A stretch of 64,000 nt of DNA from an uncultured delta proteobacterium (GCA_963803435.1 CAWDML010000009.1:160001-224000); one strand, 5' to 3'. Shown: positions 10,177 through 20,740, numbered from the stretch's first letter. Program-made: numbers and translations. Notes: generated by a model not told the origin, from the sequence alone.

Positions 10177-11931
10177 GTGCCGGCGCTCCCCGAGATCCTC
10201 GTCCTCGCCCTTCTCTCCGAAGTTCCGCTGCCGGGAACCCAACCGAACGAGCTCACGCTTCCGCCCGAGCCGTCGAGCACCTGCGCCTGTCACGACGCCT
10301 TCAACGCCGACGCGATCACCGAGCCGGGCGAGTCGTACCGCGCGACCATGATGGCGCTCTCCGGACGCGACCCGCTCTTCCGCGCCGCGCTCCAGGTCTC
10401 GTTCAACGATCGCCCGGAGCTCAGCGACCTCTGTCTTCGATGCCATGTCCCGGTGGCCTGGCTGAACGGGCGCTCGGAGCCGGCCGACGGGAGCCTGATC
10501 CAGGTCGAAGATCTGGAGTCCGTCACCTGCGACATGTGCCACCGGGCGGTTCCCGCAGATCCTGCGCTGGTCGGCGACGGTCAGTTCACGATCTCGCCCA
10601 GCACCGCGAAGCGCGCGCCCCGCGGCTCGGCGCCGTTCGGTGGGCACAACGTCGTCACGGACAGCTACGTCTCGAACCCCGACATGTGCGGGCTCTGCCA
10701 CAGCCTCTTCAACCCCGCCGAGAACGCGCACGACGCGAACGACACCGACCTCGGCATCCACTACTACGAGCAGCGCACCTACGAGGAGTGGAAGGACTCG
10801 GTCTTCCCGAGCCAAGACAAGACCTGCATCACCTGCCATATGACCCGGACCACCGGCGCTGCGGTCCGCGGCGGCGACTCCTACGACAATCTCGCCGTCC
10901 ACAACTTCGTCGCGGGCAACACGTTCGCGGTCCAGGCGGTGCAGCTGCTCAACCCCACGCTCGGGATCTCCGGCATCACCTCCGAGGTGGGCCGCTGGGT
11001 CGATCAGCAGCTCCACAGCGCCGCTTCGCTCGAGATCACCCAGACCGAGCCGGCCTCACTGATGCTGGAGAGCGGCGAGGAGTTTTCGGTCAGCGTTCGC
11101 ATGACCAACAAGACCGGGCATAAGCTCCCGACCGGATATCCGGAGGGCCGCCGCATCTATCTCGAGGTCAGGCTCTCCCTCGACGGACAGGCGCCTCAGA
11201 TCCTCTCGGGCGCGTGGGATCAGCAGTCCGGCAAGGTGGTGAGGGATCCGCAGATCCGCACGTACGAGACGGAGCACGGGCGCGTCGAGAACGGCGTGGG
11301 CGCGCGCATCCACCACCTGATCCTGATGAACCAGATCATCAGCGACACGCGGATCCCGCCGGAGGGCTTCACGCCCACGTACCCGGACATGGTGCCGCAG
11401 GCCCGCGACTACGGCGGCGGCGCGCCCTACCAGCACTGGGACGATCACACGTACACGTTCACGGCGCCCGAGGTGACCGGGACGATCACCGGCACGATCA
11501 CGGTGCGCGCGATGTACCAGTCGACGGACGGCGACGTGGTGGCGTTCCTGCTGAATCAGACCCAGGACAAGCCGGAGCACGATCAGCTGGCGATGGTCTG
11601 GGAGGGTCTCGGCCACGCGCCCCCGAAGGAGATGGTCCGGACGTCGGTGCCGATCGTGGTCACCGAACGGGTCGCCGAGCCCGACGCCGGTGTTACCGAC
11701 CAAGACGCAGCGTCGGCTTCGCCGGACGGGGGCGGCTTCAAGATCGAGGACGGCGGCTGCAGCTGTGTGGCGGCTGTGCCCGTCGAGCACGATCTCGCCC
11801 CGCTCGCGTTGCTGGCGCTCCTCCTGGCCCTTCGGTTGCACACCTGGAGGCCGAGGAGCAAAGCGAATGGCCTTCAGACTTCCCGAACTACCCTACCCGA
11901 AAGACGCTCTGGCGCCGCACATCTCGGCTGA
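10177..11931 (+). CDS. multiheme cytochrome c with a MYXO-CTERM-like C-terminal anchor
   Basis: CLRCH, CDMCH, CGLCH, CITCH plus an atypical CACH; TGHKLPTG motif; GGCSC followed by a hydrophobic segment. Overlaps the sodB start by 65 nt. Confidence 0.85.
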   Translation: MPALPEILVLALLSEVPLPGTQPNELTLPPEPSSTCACHDAFNADAITEPGESYRATMMALSGRDPLFRAALQVSFNDRPELSDLCLRCHVPVAWLNGRSEPADGSLIQVEDLESVTCDMCHRAVPADPALVGDGQFTISPSTAKRAPRGSAPFGGHNVVTDSYVSNPDMCGLCHSLFNPAENAHDANDTDLGIHYYEQRTYEEWKDSVFPSQDKTCITCHMTRTTGAAVRGGDSYDNLAVHNFVAGNTFAVQAVQLLNPTLGISGITSEVGRWVDQQLHSAASLEITQTEPASLMLESGEEFSVSVRMTNKTGHKLPTGYPEGRRIYLEVRLSLDGQAPQILSGAWDQQSGKVVRDPQIRTYETEHGRVENGVGARIHHLILMNQIISDTRIPPEGFTPTYPDMVPQARDYGGGAPYQHWDDHTYTFTAPEVTGTITGTITVRAMYQSTDGDVVAFLLNQTQDKPEHDQLAMVWEGLGHAPPKEMVRTSVPIVVTERVAEPDAGVTDQDAASASPDGGGFKIEDGGCSCVAAVPVEHDLAPLALLALLLALRLHTWRPRSKANGLQTSRTTLPERRSGAAHLG

Positions 11932-12439
11932 GACGCTCGAGTACCATCACGGCAAGCATCACCGAAAATACGTCGACACGCTGAATCAGCTCACCGAAGG
12001 GAAACCGGAGGCACAAAAGAGCCTCGAGGATCTCATCCGCACCTGCGAAGGCAAGCTGTTCAACAACGCCGGCCAGACCTGGAACCACAACTTCTACTGG
12101 CAGTGCATGGCGCCCGGTGCGGGCGGCGAGCCCAGGGGCACGCTCGCCGAGGCGATCCGCAAGAGCTTCGGCAGCTTCGCCGACTTCAAGGAGAAGTTCA
12201 GCGCGGCGGCGCTCGGACAGTTCGGATCGGGCTGGGCGTGGCTGGTGAAGGACGGCGATCGACTCGCCGTGCTGTCCACCTCGAACGCGAACAATCCGCT
12301 GGTCGAGTCGAAGATCCCGATCCTCACCTGCGACGTCTGGGAGCACGCCTATTACCTCGACTACCGCAACGCGCGTGCGAAGTACGTCGAAGCCTGGTGG
12401 AACCTGGTGAGCTGGGACTTCGCCGCCAAGAACCTGTAG
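11867..12439 (+). CDS. sodB: Fe-type superoxide dismutase
   Basis: LPELPY...YHHGKHH, NNAGQTWNH, FGSGWAW, DVWEHAYY. GAGGAG RBS before ATG 11867. Confidence 0.93.
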   Translation: MAFRLPELPYPKDALAPHISAETLEYHHGKHHRKYVDTLNQLTEGKPEAQKSLEDLIRTCEGKLFNNAGQTWNHNFYWQCMAPGAGGEPRGTLAEAIRKSFGSFADFKEKFSAAALGQFGSGWAWLVKDGDRLAVLSTSNANNPLVESKIPILTCDVWEHAYYLDYRNARAKYVEAWWNLVSWDFAAKNL

Positions 12440-12450
12440 GCTCGCGCCGC

Positions 12451-12861
12451 GTGCGCGGCCACCGGCAGATCGATCACACCGCCGATCTCGCGCTCGAGGT
12501 CTGGGCCCCCTCGGAGGAGGAGCTCCTCGACGAGGCGGCCCGCGCGGTCGTCGAGATCATGACCGAGGGCGCTCTCGTCCCCGCCGGCACCACCCGCACG
12601 ATCACGCTCGAATCCCTGGATCGCGAGGATCGACTGGTCTGCTGGCTCAACGAGGTGATCTTCCTCGCTGTCAACTCCGGTTTCATCCTGCAGAGTGCCG
12701 AGCTCGGGCTCGAAGGCGAGACCGGACTCTCGGCCACGCTCCAGGGGACCGATCGGGTCGAGGGCCTCCTCGCCGGAGAGCTGAAGAGCGTCACCTACCA
12801 CGATCTTTTCCTCGCGAGCGAAGACGGCGGGTATCGCGCCCGCTTCGTCGTCGACGTGTGA
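12451..12861 (+). CDS. archease (RtcB activator)
   Basis: DHTAD near the N-terminus, KSVTYH, terminal VVDV; directly upstream of rtcB. Confidence 0.9.
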   Translation: MRGHRQIDHTADLALEVWAPSEEELLDEAARAVVEIMTEGALVPAGTTRTITLESLDREDRLVCWLNEVIFLAVNSGFILQSAELGLEGETGLSATLQGTDRVEGLLAGELKSVTYHDLFLASEDGGYRARFVVDV

Positions 12862-12868
12862 GAGCCGA

Positions 12869-14301
12869 ATGAACCTGAAGTTTCAACGAGTGGACGAGTA
12901 TCGCTGGCGCATCCCCCGCGAGGGAAAGATGAACGTGCCGGGGCTGATCTACGCCAGCGACGAGATGATGGCGGACATCCGGGGCGACAAGAGCCCCGAG
13001 CAGGTCGCGAACGTGGCCCACTTGCCGGGCATCCTCAAACACTCCCTTGCGATGCCCGACATGCACTGGGGCTACGGCTTCCCGATCGGCGGCGTGGCGG
13101 CGTTCGGCGCGGACGAGGGCGTACTCTCTCCGGGCGGCGTCGGCTACGACATCAACTGTGGCGTCCGCCTGCTTCGATCGAACCTCGATCGCGAGGACGT
13201 GATCGATCACCTGGAGGACCTCTCGCTCGCGCTCCACCACGCCATCCCCTCCGGCGTGGGGCGCCAGGCGCACAAGCGGCTCACGGCGGGCGAGCTGACC
13301 CAGGTGATGCTCGAGGGTGCGCGCTGGCCGGTGAGGAACGGCTACGGCTGCGAGGAAGATCTCGAGGTCATGGAGGAGGGCGGCACCTTCGAGGGCGCCG
13401 ATCCCGGCCAGGTCTCCGAGCGCGCCCGCACCCGCGGGCTCCCGCAGCTCGGCTCGCTGGGCAGCGGTAACCACTTCTGCGAGCTCGGGTACGTCGACGA
13501 GATCTTCAACCCCGGGGCGGCCGAGGCGTTCGGTCTGCGCCAGGGCCAGGTGACGGTGTTGATCCACTCCGGCAGCCGGGGCTTCGGCTACCAGATCTGC
13601 GACGACTCGCTGCGCATGATGCTGAAGGCGTCGAAGAAGTACGGGATCGAGCTCCCGATCGACAGCTCTGCTCGGCGCCGCTCTCGAGCCGGGAGGCGCA
13701 GAGCTACTTCGGGGCGATGGCCTGCGCGATCAACTACGCGTTCGCGAACCGGCAGATGATGACGCACTCGGTCCGCGAGGAGCTGCGGGTGTTCTTCGGC
13801 TCGAGGTCGCTCGGCCTCGAGCTGGTCTACGACGTCTGCCACAACATCGCGAAGTGGGAGGAGCACGAGGTCGACGGCGTCCTCGAACGCGTGTGCGTGC
13901 ACCGCAAGGGCGCGACGAGGGCGTTCGGGCCGGGCCACGCGAAGGTCCCGGAGCGATACCGCGCCGTCGGGCAGCCGGTGCTGGTGCCGGGCGACATGGG
14001 TCGCTACAGCTACGTGCTGGTGGGGACGGAGCGCGCGATGAAGGAGACGTTCGGATCGAGCTGCCACGGGGCCGGACGCAGGATGTCGCGCGCCAAGGCG
14101 AAGCAGGCGGCGAGCGGGCGTCCGATCTTTCAGGAGCTGCAGGCGCGGGGGATCTGGGTGCAGAGCGACAGCAAGGCGACCGTCGCGGAGGAGATCCCGG
14201 AGGCCTACAAGGACGTGGCCAGCGTGGTCGACGTGATGGACGGGGCGGGCATCGCGCTCAAGGTCGCGAAGCTGGTGCCGCTCGCCGTCGTCAAGGGTTG
14301 A
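12869..14301 (+). CDS. rtcB: RtcB RNA 3'-phosphate/5'-OH ligase, one frameshift (missing C at about 13654)
   Basis: MPDMHWGYGFPIGG, GYDINCG, LGSGNHF, IHSGSRG, HRKGATRA, PGDMG, SSCHGAGR, EEIPEAYK. Adding one C to the CCC run restores ELPDRQL. Confidence 0.93.
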
Positions 14302-14310
14302 CTCGCCTGC

Positions 14311-15057
14311 TCACGGGCACGGTCCCGCCTGTCCGAACGAGGCCCGCGCGCGACGCCGTTCGCAGTCGTTCGAGTACGTGACCGGGTTGAGGTCGTTCTC
14401 GCAGCCGCAGACCGGACCGCCTCCGCTGCCGGCGCAGCTCATCGGGACGGGTACGCAGACGCCGCCCTGATCGCCGTTGCCCGGGCAGAGCGAGCCCCCG
14501 ACGGTCGTGTCGAGCTCGCAGAAGAACGCCTCGCTCGGGCACACCGCGCCGGCGAGGCCGCCGCAGACGTCGCGGCACACCGGTGCGCGGCCGCCGCCGC
14601 AGGCGCAGGTCACGTTCTCGGGGCAGTAGCACGCGCCCGGGAAGGAGACGCAGCCCGGACTGGCGTCGCACTCGCCCGGATCCTTGACCCGCTCGCAGGC
14701 GGACAGAGCGTCGCGGCAAAAGTATCCGGGATCATCAATCTCGGAGCCGTCGAGCACGCAGCCGGGCGTGGCGAGGCAGGTGTCACGCGAGAGCGTGCTG
14801 CAAGCTGGGTTGCCGCCGTCGAGCGTCTCGCCCCCGTCGCTGGGGGCGGCGTCCTCCGCGACCTCGGCATCGGCGAGCTCGCCCGCATCCTCGATCGAGC
14901 CGCCGTCGGTCTCGGCCGCTGCGTCCGGGTGCAGGGCGGCGTCCATGACCGTCTCCGCGTCGGAGCGGGCGTCGGTCCCGGCGGCGCCGTCCGGAAGCCC
15001 CGACACCGGGTCGCTGCAGGCGACCGTGAGACACGCGATGCCGATGATCATTCGCAT
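14311..15057 (-). CDS. Cys-rich lipoprotein with a C-terminal Kazal-like motif
   Basis: MRMIIGIACLTVAC lipobox, DAA/DGG low-complexity linker, PVCGC...TYSNDCE. Confidence 0.75.
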   Translation of the reverse strand: MRMIIGIACLTVACSDPVSGLPDGAAGTDARSDAETVMDAALHPDAAAETDGGSIEDAGELADAEVAEDAAPSDGGETLDGGNPACSTLSRDTCLATPGCVLDGSEIDDPGYFCRDALSACERVKDPGECDASPGCVSFPGACYCPENVTCACGGGRAPVCRDVCGGLAGAVCPSEAFFCELDTTVGGSLCPGNGDQGGVCVPVPMSCAGSGGGPVCGCENDLNPVTYSNDCERRRARASFGQAGPCP

Positions 15058-15759
15058 GAGCCGACCTCCACCTCGGTGCACAGCTGCGCGCACTCCTGAT
15101 CGCCGCCGGTGCCCGCACCGAGACATGTCACCAGGCGCCCGCCCTGGCACTCGACCACGCCGGGCGCGCCGCCCGGACAGAGCCCGCAGGCATATTCCTG
15201 ACAGGGCGCCGCCACGCCGTTGCATTGACCGACCGTCGCCAGCTCGCACTTGAGCCCGCACTGCGGGTGGAGCGCGAACACACAGCCGATGATGTCGGTC
15301 GCGTCCTCGTTGCACACCGTCACGTGCCCGAGCTCGAGGCCCGGACAGCCCTCGCAGATCCAGGCGCTGCACTCGGGCGTGGTCTCGGCAGAGAGGCACA
15401 TCCTCGTGAGGGTCAGAATCCTCCGCAGGACGGCCGTCGTGCAGGCTGAACAGGCAACGCTCGCCCGAGGCGCACTCCAGCGGATTGCAGGTCCTCCGGC
15501 AGCGCTGTGGACCCGAGAGCGTCCCGTCACCGAGGCGCCAGCTGGAGCAGGCCTCGCCGGCCGTACAGTCGGCGTCGTCCGCGCAGGGAAGATCGCTGGA
15601 GGGCGGGAGCGCCTGGGGACAGGACTGGCCGTTGGGGAGGCACACTGCCAGCGTGTCGCAGCAGCTCCATCCGGCGGCGCAGGGACACGGCGTACCGGCG
15701 AGCTCCACGCCGGGGACGCACGAAGCGAGCAGGAGCGGCGCGAGGAGGCGGCGCATCAT
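15048..15759 (-). CDS. Cys-rich lipoprotein, frameshift at 15416-15420
   Basis: MMRRLLAPLLLASC lipobox. Removing one T in GATTC (minus strand) joins it to the Cys-rich 15048..15530 frame. Confidence 0.7.
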
Positions 15760-17234
15760 CAGAACTCGATCCGAACGCCGCTGCCCTCGGCGATCACGGT
15801 GATGGCGGGCTGATCGTCGGGCCACAGCGTCCACACCAGGAACGTGGCGGCCGCCGTCCCGGCCAGCGAGTAGAGGACGATCGCCGCGACGTTGAGCGCG
15901 TCGATCCGATCGTCGATCGTGCTGCGATCCCGGTTCGACGTGGAGGCATCGACCCGGCCGCGCTGCTGAAACGCCAGCGCCGTCATGAGGCCGCCGGTCA
16001 GACCGAGGCCGAGGCTCGCGAAGCCGAGGGTCGGGCGCGGCCACGACGGCGGCGCCGTCTCCACCGAGGCCTCGGCAGCCGCCTCGCTCCGCTTCGCCTT
16101 GCGATACGCGGACAGCGCCGCGCGATCGAAGGGCGCCGAGAACAGCGATTGAAAGGCCACCTGCTCCGCGCCGCGCGGCTGCACCGTGGTCCGCCGCGGC
16201 GTCAGCGTGGCCAGCAGGATCGTCCCTGGAAGGTCGGTCACCCACTCGATCGGCCGGCCCACCTCGCGGACGAAGAGCGGGCGCACCGCCGGGATCAGGA
16301 GCTCGATCCGCTGCGCGGGATCGGGGTGGAAGTCGAGCACGCGGTCGCCCCGGGCGTCCTCGAGGAACAGGTGGGCCGAGACACCGGGGCCGGTGATCAG
16401 CCGATCGCCGCCGCGGCCGCCGAGCTCGACCAGTGTGGGGTCGAGCGGGGTGTGCACGAAGAACCGCGGGCGATAGCGCGCGTTGGGGATGCCGCTGTTG
16501 GCGCCGAAGACGAACGCGGCGGTCTCCTCGTAGGAGATGCGGCCGTCCCCGTCGAGATCGGCGGCGCCCCGCAGCGCCGACCGCACCTCGTGGCTGAAGA
16601 CGCCCGACTGGAACGCCTCCCACTCGTGGCTGTCCTGCGCCGACGAGGTGGAGAGCAGCAGCCCGACGCGATCCGGCAGTGTGTCGGTCTCGAGCGTCAG
16701 GTCACCGCCCGCCCGCCAGCGCTCGCCGCCGGGCCCGCAATCGAAGACCAGAAAGTACGACTTGCAGGCGTCGACAATCGCGTGGACCCGATCGGCGCTG
16801 GTGTCCAGCAGGAGAGCTCGGAAGTCGCGCCGGTACAGTCAATCGCCGGCCAGCTGGATGTAGCCCTCGTTGTTCTTCACGTCGCCGTGACCGCTGTAGA
16901 AGATCATCAGCTCCGCGCGACGGCCCTCGGCGCGCACGTGCGCGATGCGGCGCTCCAGCTCCGCGAGCGCGGCGTCGACGGCGGCGCGCGTGGGCCGCGT
17001 CGACTCGACCGGTCCGAAGAGGTTCGTCGAGTCGGGGTCGAGCTCCGTCAGCAGCACCACCTCGGCACCGAGGTCTCTCAGGAGGCGCGCGTTCTTGACG
17101 GCGTCGTCGTCGGCGTATCGCAAGGGGGCGACCTCCGGGTCGTCGCTCTGGTTCCAGCCGATCACCAGGCCGAAGAGCTGCGGCGCGGGCGGGGCGGCGG
17201 CGACGGCGGCGGCAGCGAGGAGCGCGGGGATCAT
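15759..17234 (-). CDS. exported caspase-family (peptidase C14) protein with an in-frame TGA at 16839-16841
   Basis: Signal peptide, LRYADDDA, YSGHG (His), IVDACKS (Cys), FSHEVRSALRGAADLDGDG, two C-terminal hydrophobic helices. The frame continues across the TGA (IQLAGD*LYRRDF). Confidence 0.85.
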
Positions 17235-18032
17235 CTCGCCTCCACCCGGAGCAGAAACGAGTGCTGCCCCGACACTTCGGACGTCGGGACGCGGTCGACG
17301 TCCTTGACGCCGCCGTGCTCGGCGACCGCGCGCGCCACGGTCGCCTCGACGGAGCGGACGTCGAGCGGCGAGCGCGAGAACAGGCCGACCACCCGCAGCC
17401 AGCCCGGATGAAGCCGGTGGCGCACCGCCTCCTCCAGCGCAATCGGCTGGTCGGACGCCGGCGCGGGGATGCTGACCGGATCCTCGGCGGCGTCGGTGTA
17501 CGCCGGGTAGTACCAGTAGATCTCTCCGCGATCGTCGAAGCCGAAGATCATCGCATAGCGGTAGGGGCTCTCGGGGCGGTTGTGGATCGTGAACAGGAGC
17601 GCATCGTCGGCGCGGAGGTCCGCCTCCACGCGCCGATAGCCGGTCTCGCCCTCCCGTGCGCGGAAGACCTCGATCGAGACCCATCGAATCCGGAGCCTCC
17701 ATGGCCGCGCCGCGAGACTGAAACTCGGAGCGCGGCGGCGGGATCACCATCAGCGCGAGCCCGGCGGCGAGCGCAGCGGCGGCGGCGGCGTACGGCCAGC
17801 GCCGGCGGCGCGGCGACGGCGCGCGATCGAGCTTGATCAGCGTTCCGACGTCCCGCGCCAGATCGGGATCGTCGAACTCGCCGGGATCGGGCGCGAGGCG
17901 GGCGGCGGCGGCGCTCATCTCGTCCATGGCGGCGCGGCACGCCTCGCACTCGGCGAGGTGCGCGGCGACCGGCGCGTCCGGCTCGCCGGCGGCGAAGCTG
18001 GCCAGGATCTCGTTCTCGCGCGGGCAGCTCAC
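17231..18032 (-). CDS. zinc-finger (HxxxCxxC) anti-sigma factor with an extracytoplasmic DUF4384-like domain, frameshift at 17686-17690
   Basis: HLAECEAC, a TM segment, EFQSRG, then ...IYWYYP. 4-bp start/stop overlaps with both the sigma and the caspase gene. Confidence 0.8.
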
Positions 18033-18628
18033 GGCTCACCTCCCTTCGACAGGACCTCGCGGAGCTTCTTCAGCCCGCGGAAGACATGTGACTTGATCGT
18101 GCCCACCGGCTTGTCGGTGGCGCGTGCGATCTCCTCGAGGCTGAGCTCGTGGGTGTACCGCAGGATCAGAACCTCGCGCACGGGCTCGGGCAGCCGGGTC
18201 AGCGCGCGGCGCACCTCGGCCGCCTTGCTTCGCTCGATCAGCGCGTCGAGCGGCGAGCTCTGCTCCGCCGTGACATCGAGCGCCGCCAGACGCTCCGTCT
18301 TGGACGCGTGGCTCTTGCCGCTCCGCGCCACCATCCGACAGCGATTGAAGGTCATCGCCACCAGGAGGTTTCGAAGCTTCGCCTGGGGGACGTAGCGCTC
18401 CCGCTCCGCCCACAACATCAGAAAGACGTCCTGTGCCACCTCGCGGCCCTGGTGGCGGTCGTTGAGGAAGCGGCTGGCGCTCCCCAGCACCAGGGAGGTG
18501 TAGCGGCCGACCAGGATCTCGAACGCGTCGCGCCGGCCCTCGCGCGCAAGGCGCATCAGGTCGTCATCGGCGAGCGACGCGAGGTCCTGGCTCGTCTCCA
18601 CCACGTAGAGCTGAGGCGTCCCGCGCAT
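18029..18628 (-). CDS. ECF sigma-70 factor
   Basis: DAFEILVGRY, EVAQDVF, region 4 LSLEEIARATDKPVGTIKSHVFRG. Confidence 0.93.
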   Translation of the reverse strand: MRGTPQLYVVETSQDLASLADDDLMRLAREGRRDAFEILVGRYTSLVLGSASRFLNDRHQGREVAQDVFLMLWAERERYVPQAKLRNLLVAMTFNRCRMVARSGKSHASKTERLAALDVTAEQSSPLDALIERSKAAEVRRALTRLPEPVREVLILRYTHELSLEEIARATDKPVGTIKSHVFRGLKKLREVLSKGGEP

Positions 18629-18673
18629 CCTGATGGTGATAGAGCGGAGCGGCCCGCCCGGGTTGCAAGAATC

Positions 18674-19426
18674 TCACTTCGGCCCGGAGAGGGTCAGCTC
18701 GACCTGGGAGGGCGCCTCCGCGACCGTGATCTTGGTCTCGGCGGTGCCCAGCCGCTCGTGCCAGGCGGACACGGTGTAGCTCCCGGTGGGCAGCCCCTCG
18801 AACCGGAAACGACCCTCGGCGTCGGTGATCGCGAAGAACGGATGATCCACCACGCCGACCCAGGCGGTCATCCACGGATGGACGTCGCAGCCGAGGCGGA
18901 CCATCACCTCCTGCTTGTTGAACGACCGCGTGCCCCTGCCGTTCGGCGGCGTCGCAAAGTTCCAGCCCTTCGAGTTTTTCGGCTTGCTCTTGATGTTGTG
19001 GATCGTCTCGTCGCTGTTGACGAACAGGATCGATTGTCCGGTCCGGACGCCCAGCACGCGCGGCTGATACATGCACCCGTGCTGATCGACCGTGACCTCG
19101 CCGGCCGGCGGATCGAACGCGTAGTCCTCGAGACCGGAGGAGATCCACACGAACGCGTTCGCGACCTTGCCGTCCTTCACCTGCACGTCGCCGGCGTCGA
19201 ACGTTCCCGGCCGCATCTTCACGCAGGCGCCGTCGCCGGCGGCGTTGATCATCGTGGGATCGGGCAGCGCGCCGGTGAAGTGAACGGAGCCGGCGATCGT
19301 GCTGGTATGGGCGGGATCGATCCGCTTGGTCGGCGCGAGCGCCACGGGTGCATCGGGTGTGGTCTCCGTGGGCTTCGAGGGACAGGCGCAGAAAATGAGC
19401 GGCAGGAGGACTGCGAGCCTTCGCAT
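18674..19426 (-). CDS. lipoprotein with cupredoxin-like / carboxypeptidase-regulatory-like domains
   Basis: IFCAC lipobox, DQHGCMYQP, NSDETIHN, CDVHPWM, WHERLG. Confidence 0.8.
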   Translation of the reverse strand: MRRLAVLLPLIFCACPSKPTETTPDAPVALAPTKRIDPAHTSTIAGSVHFTGALPDPTMINAAGDGACVKMRPGTFDAGDVQVKDGKVANAFVWISSGLEDYAFDPPAGEVTVDQHGCMYQPRVLGVRTGQSILFVNSDETIHNIKSKPKNSKGWNFATPPNGRGTRSFNKQEVMVRLGCDVHPWMTAWVGVVDHPFFAITDAEGRFRFEGLPTGSYTVSAWHERLGTAETKITVAEAPSQVELTLSGPK

Positions 19427-19525
19427 TCGGCGGATATACACCAAGCGCGCGCCCAAGATGGGCATCTGAACGCTTGCGCCTCGCGTGGCCCAAGGCTAGG
19501 AGGCGGGGCAGGAGGTTAGGGAACG

Positions 19526-20308
19526 ATGGAAGGCAGCTTCGGCATGGATTTCACCCAGCTCATCTTTCGCTGGCTACACGTGATCGCCGGCGTGACATGG
19601 ATCGGTCACCTCTACTTTTTCAACTGGGTCAACGGAGCGTTCACCAAGACGCTGGACGCCGATGCCAAGAAGAAGGTCGTCCCCCAGCTCATGCCCCGCG
19701 CGCTCTACTGGTTTCGCTGGGGCGCCGCCTACACCTGGATCACCGGCATCCTGCTGATCGGGATGGTCTACTACATGGGCTACGATGTCGCCGGCCGAAG
19801 GCAAGGGCCTGAGCGTCGCCCGCGGGTTCGAGCATCGTCCTGATCGTGCCGGCCATCTACGACCAGCTGTGGCTGAAGGCCTTCAAGGGCAAGGAGCAGA
19901 TCGGCGTCATCGTCAGCACGGTCGTGGTCGCGTTCCTCGCCGGTACTGAGCACGTCCTCTGCCCGCGCGCGGTGTTCATCCATCTCGGCGCCATGTTCGG
20001 CACCGCGATGGCGATGAACGTCTGGATGCGCATCTGGCCGGCGCAGAAGAAGATCATCCCCGCGATCCGAGGACGGCAACGCGCCCGACGCCGACCTCGG
20101 CGCGATGGCGAGCCTCCGCTCCAAGCACAACACGTACATGTCCGTGCCGCTGCTGTTCATGATGATCAGCAACCACTATCCGCTGTTCTACGGCTATACG
20201 GCCGGCGACATGAGCATCGGCTGGATCCTGCTGGTCGTTCTGGTGGTCGTCGGCTGGGTCGGCACCAAGCTGCTCTACAACAAGGCCGGCTCCGTCCAGG
20301 GCATGTAG
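19526..20308 (+). CDS. urate hydroxylase PuuD (DUF989)-like membrane protein, several frameshifts
   Basis: RWLHVIAGVTWIGHLYFFN, WFRWGAAYTWITG, GTAMAMNVWMRIWPAQKK and LRSKHNTY are spread over three ORF fragments. Confidence 0.75.
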
Positions 20309-20320
20309 CCGGATCGCGCT

Positions 20321-20740
20321 TCAAGGCACGCACACCGGGACCGGTGGGCAGGGCGCGCGCACGCAGACCACATCCTCCAGCTCGCAGTGATCACCATTCT
20401 CGCAGACGACGTCGTCGCAGGACGGCGCCGTCTCCGCCTCCACACAGACGGGCACCGGCGGGCACGGAGCTCTGAAACACTCCACGGTCTGGAGCTCGCA
20501 GCGATATCCGGGATCGCAGGTGACGTCGTCGCAGCTGGGCGCGTCTTCCACGCAGGTCGGTTGAGGCGGGCAGGGCGCGCGCACGCACACGACCTCCTCG
20601 AGCTCGCAGTGAGAGCCGGGATCGCAGACGAGCTCGCAGCCGTCGGCGTCGAGGTTGTCCGACGATCGGTCGTGATCCGAGGGGGCCCCTCCGCAGGCGG
20701 CGAGGATGAACAGGGCGAAGACGAGTGGGCGAGGTTGCAT
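20321..20740 (-). CDS. small lipoprotein with three follistatin-N-like Cys repeats
   Basis: ILAAC lipobox; 3 x C..(V)C..G..CEL..V.C.RAPCPP.P.CV. Confidence 0.8.
   Translation of the reverse strand: MQPRPLVFALFILAACGGAPSDHDRSSDNLDADGCELVCDPGSHCELEEVVCVRAPCPPQPTCVEDAPSCDDVTCDPGYRCELQTVECFRAPCPPVPVCVEAETAPSCDDVVCENGDHCELEDVVCVRAPCPPVPVCVP

Noticed and set aside
13640-13720. Programmed frameshift or intein in rtcB
   Set aside because: One missing C in a homopolymer restores a normal-length protein; there is no slippery heptamer or intein sequence.
16839-16841. Selenocysteine or programmed readthrough at the caspase in-frame TGA
   Set aside because: The TGA is not at the catalytic Cys position, and it fits the GATC->GATT pattern (CGA, Arg) better.
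16839-18032. Anti-sigma-caspase fusion protein (397-aa ORF)
   Set aside because: An artefact of the 17686 frameshift. Once corrected, the anti-sigma stops at 17231 and the caspase starts at the overlapping ATG 17234.
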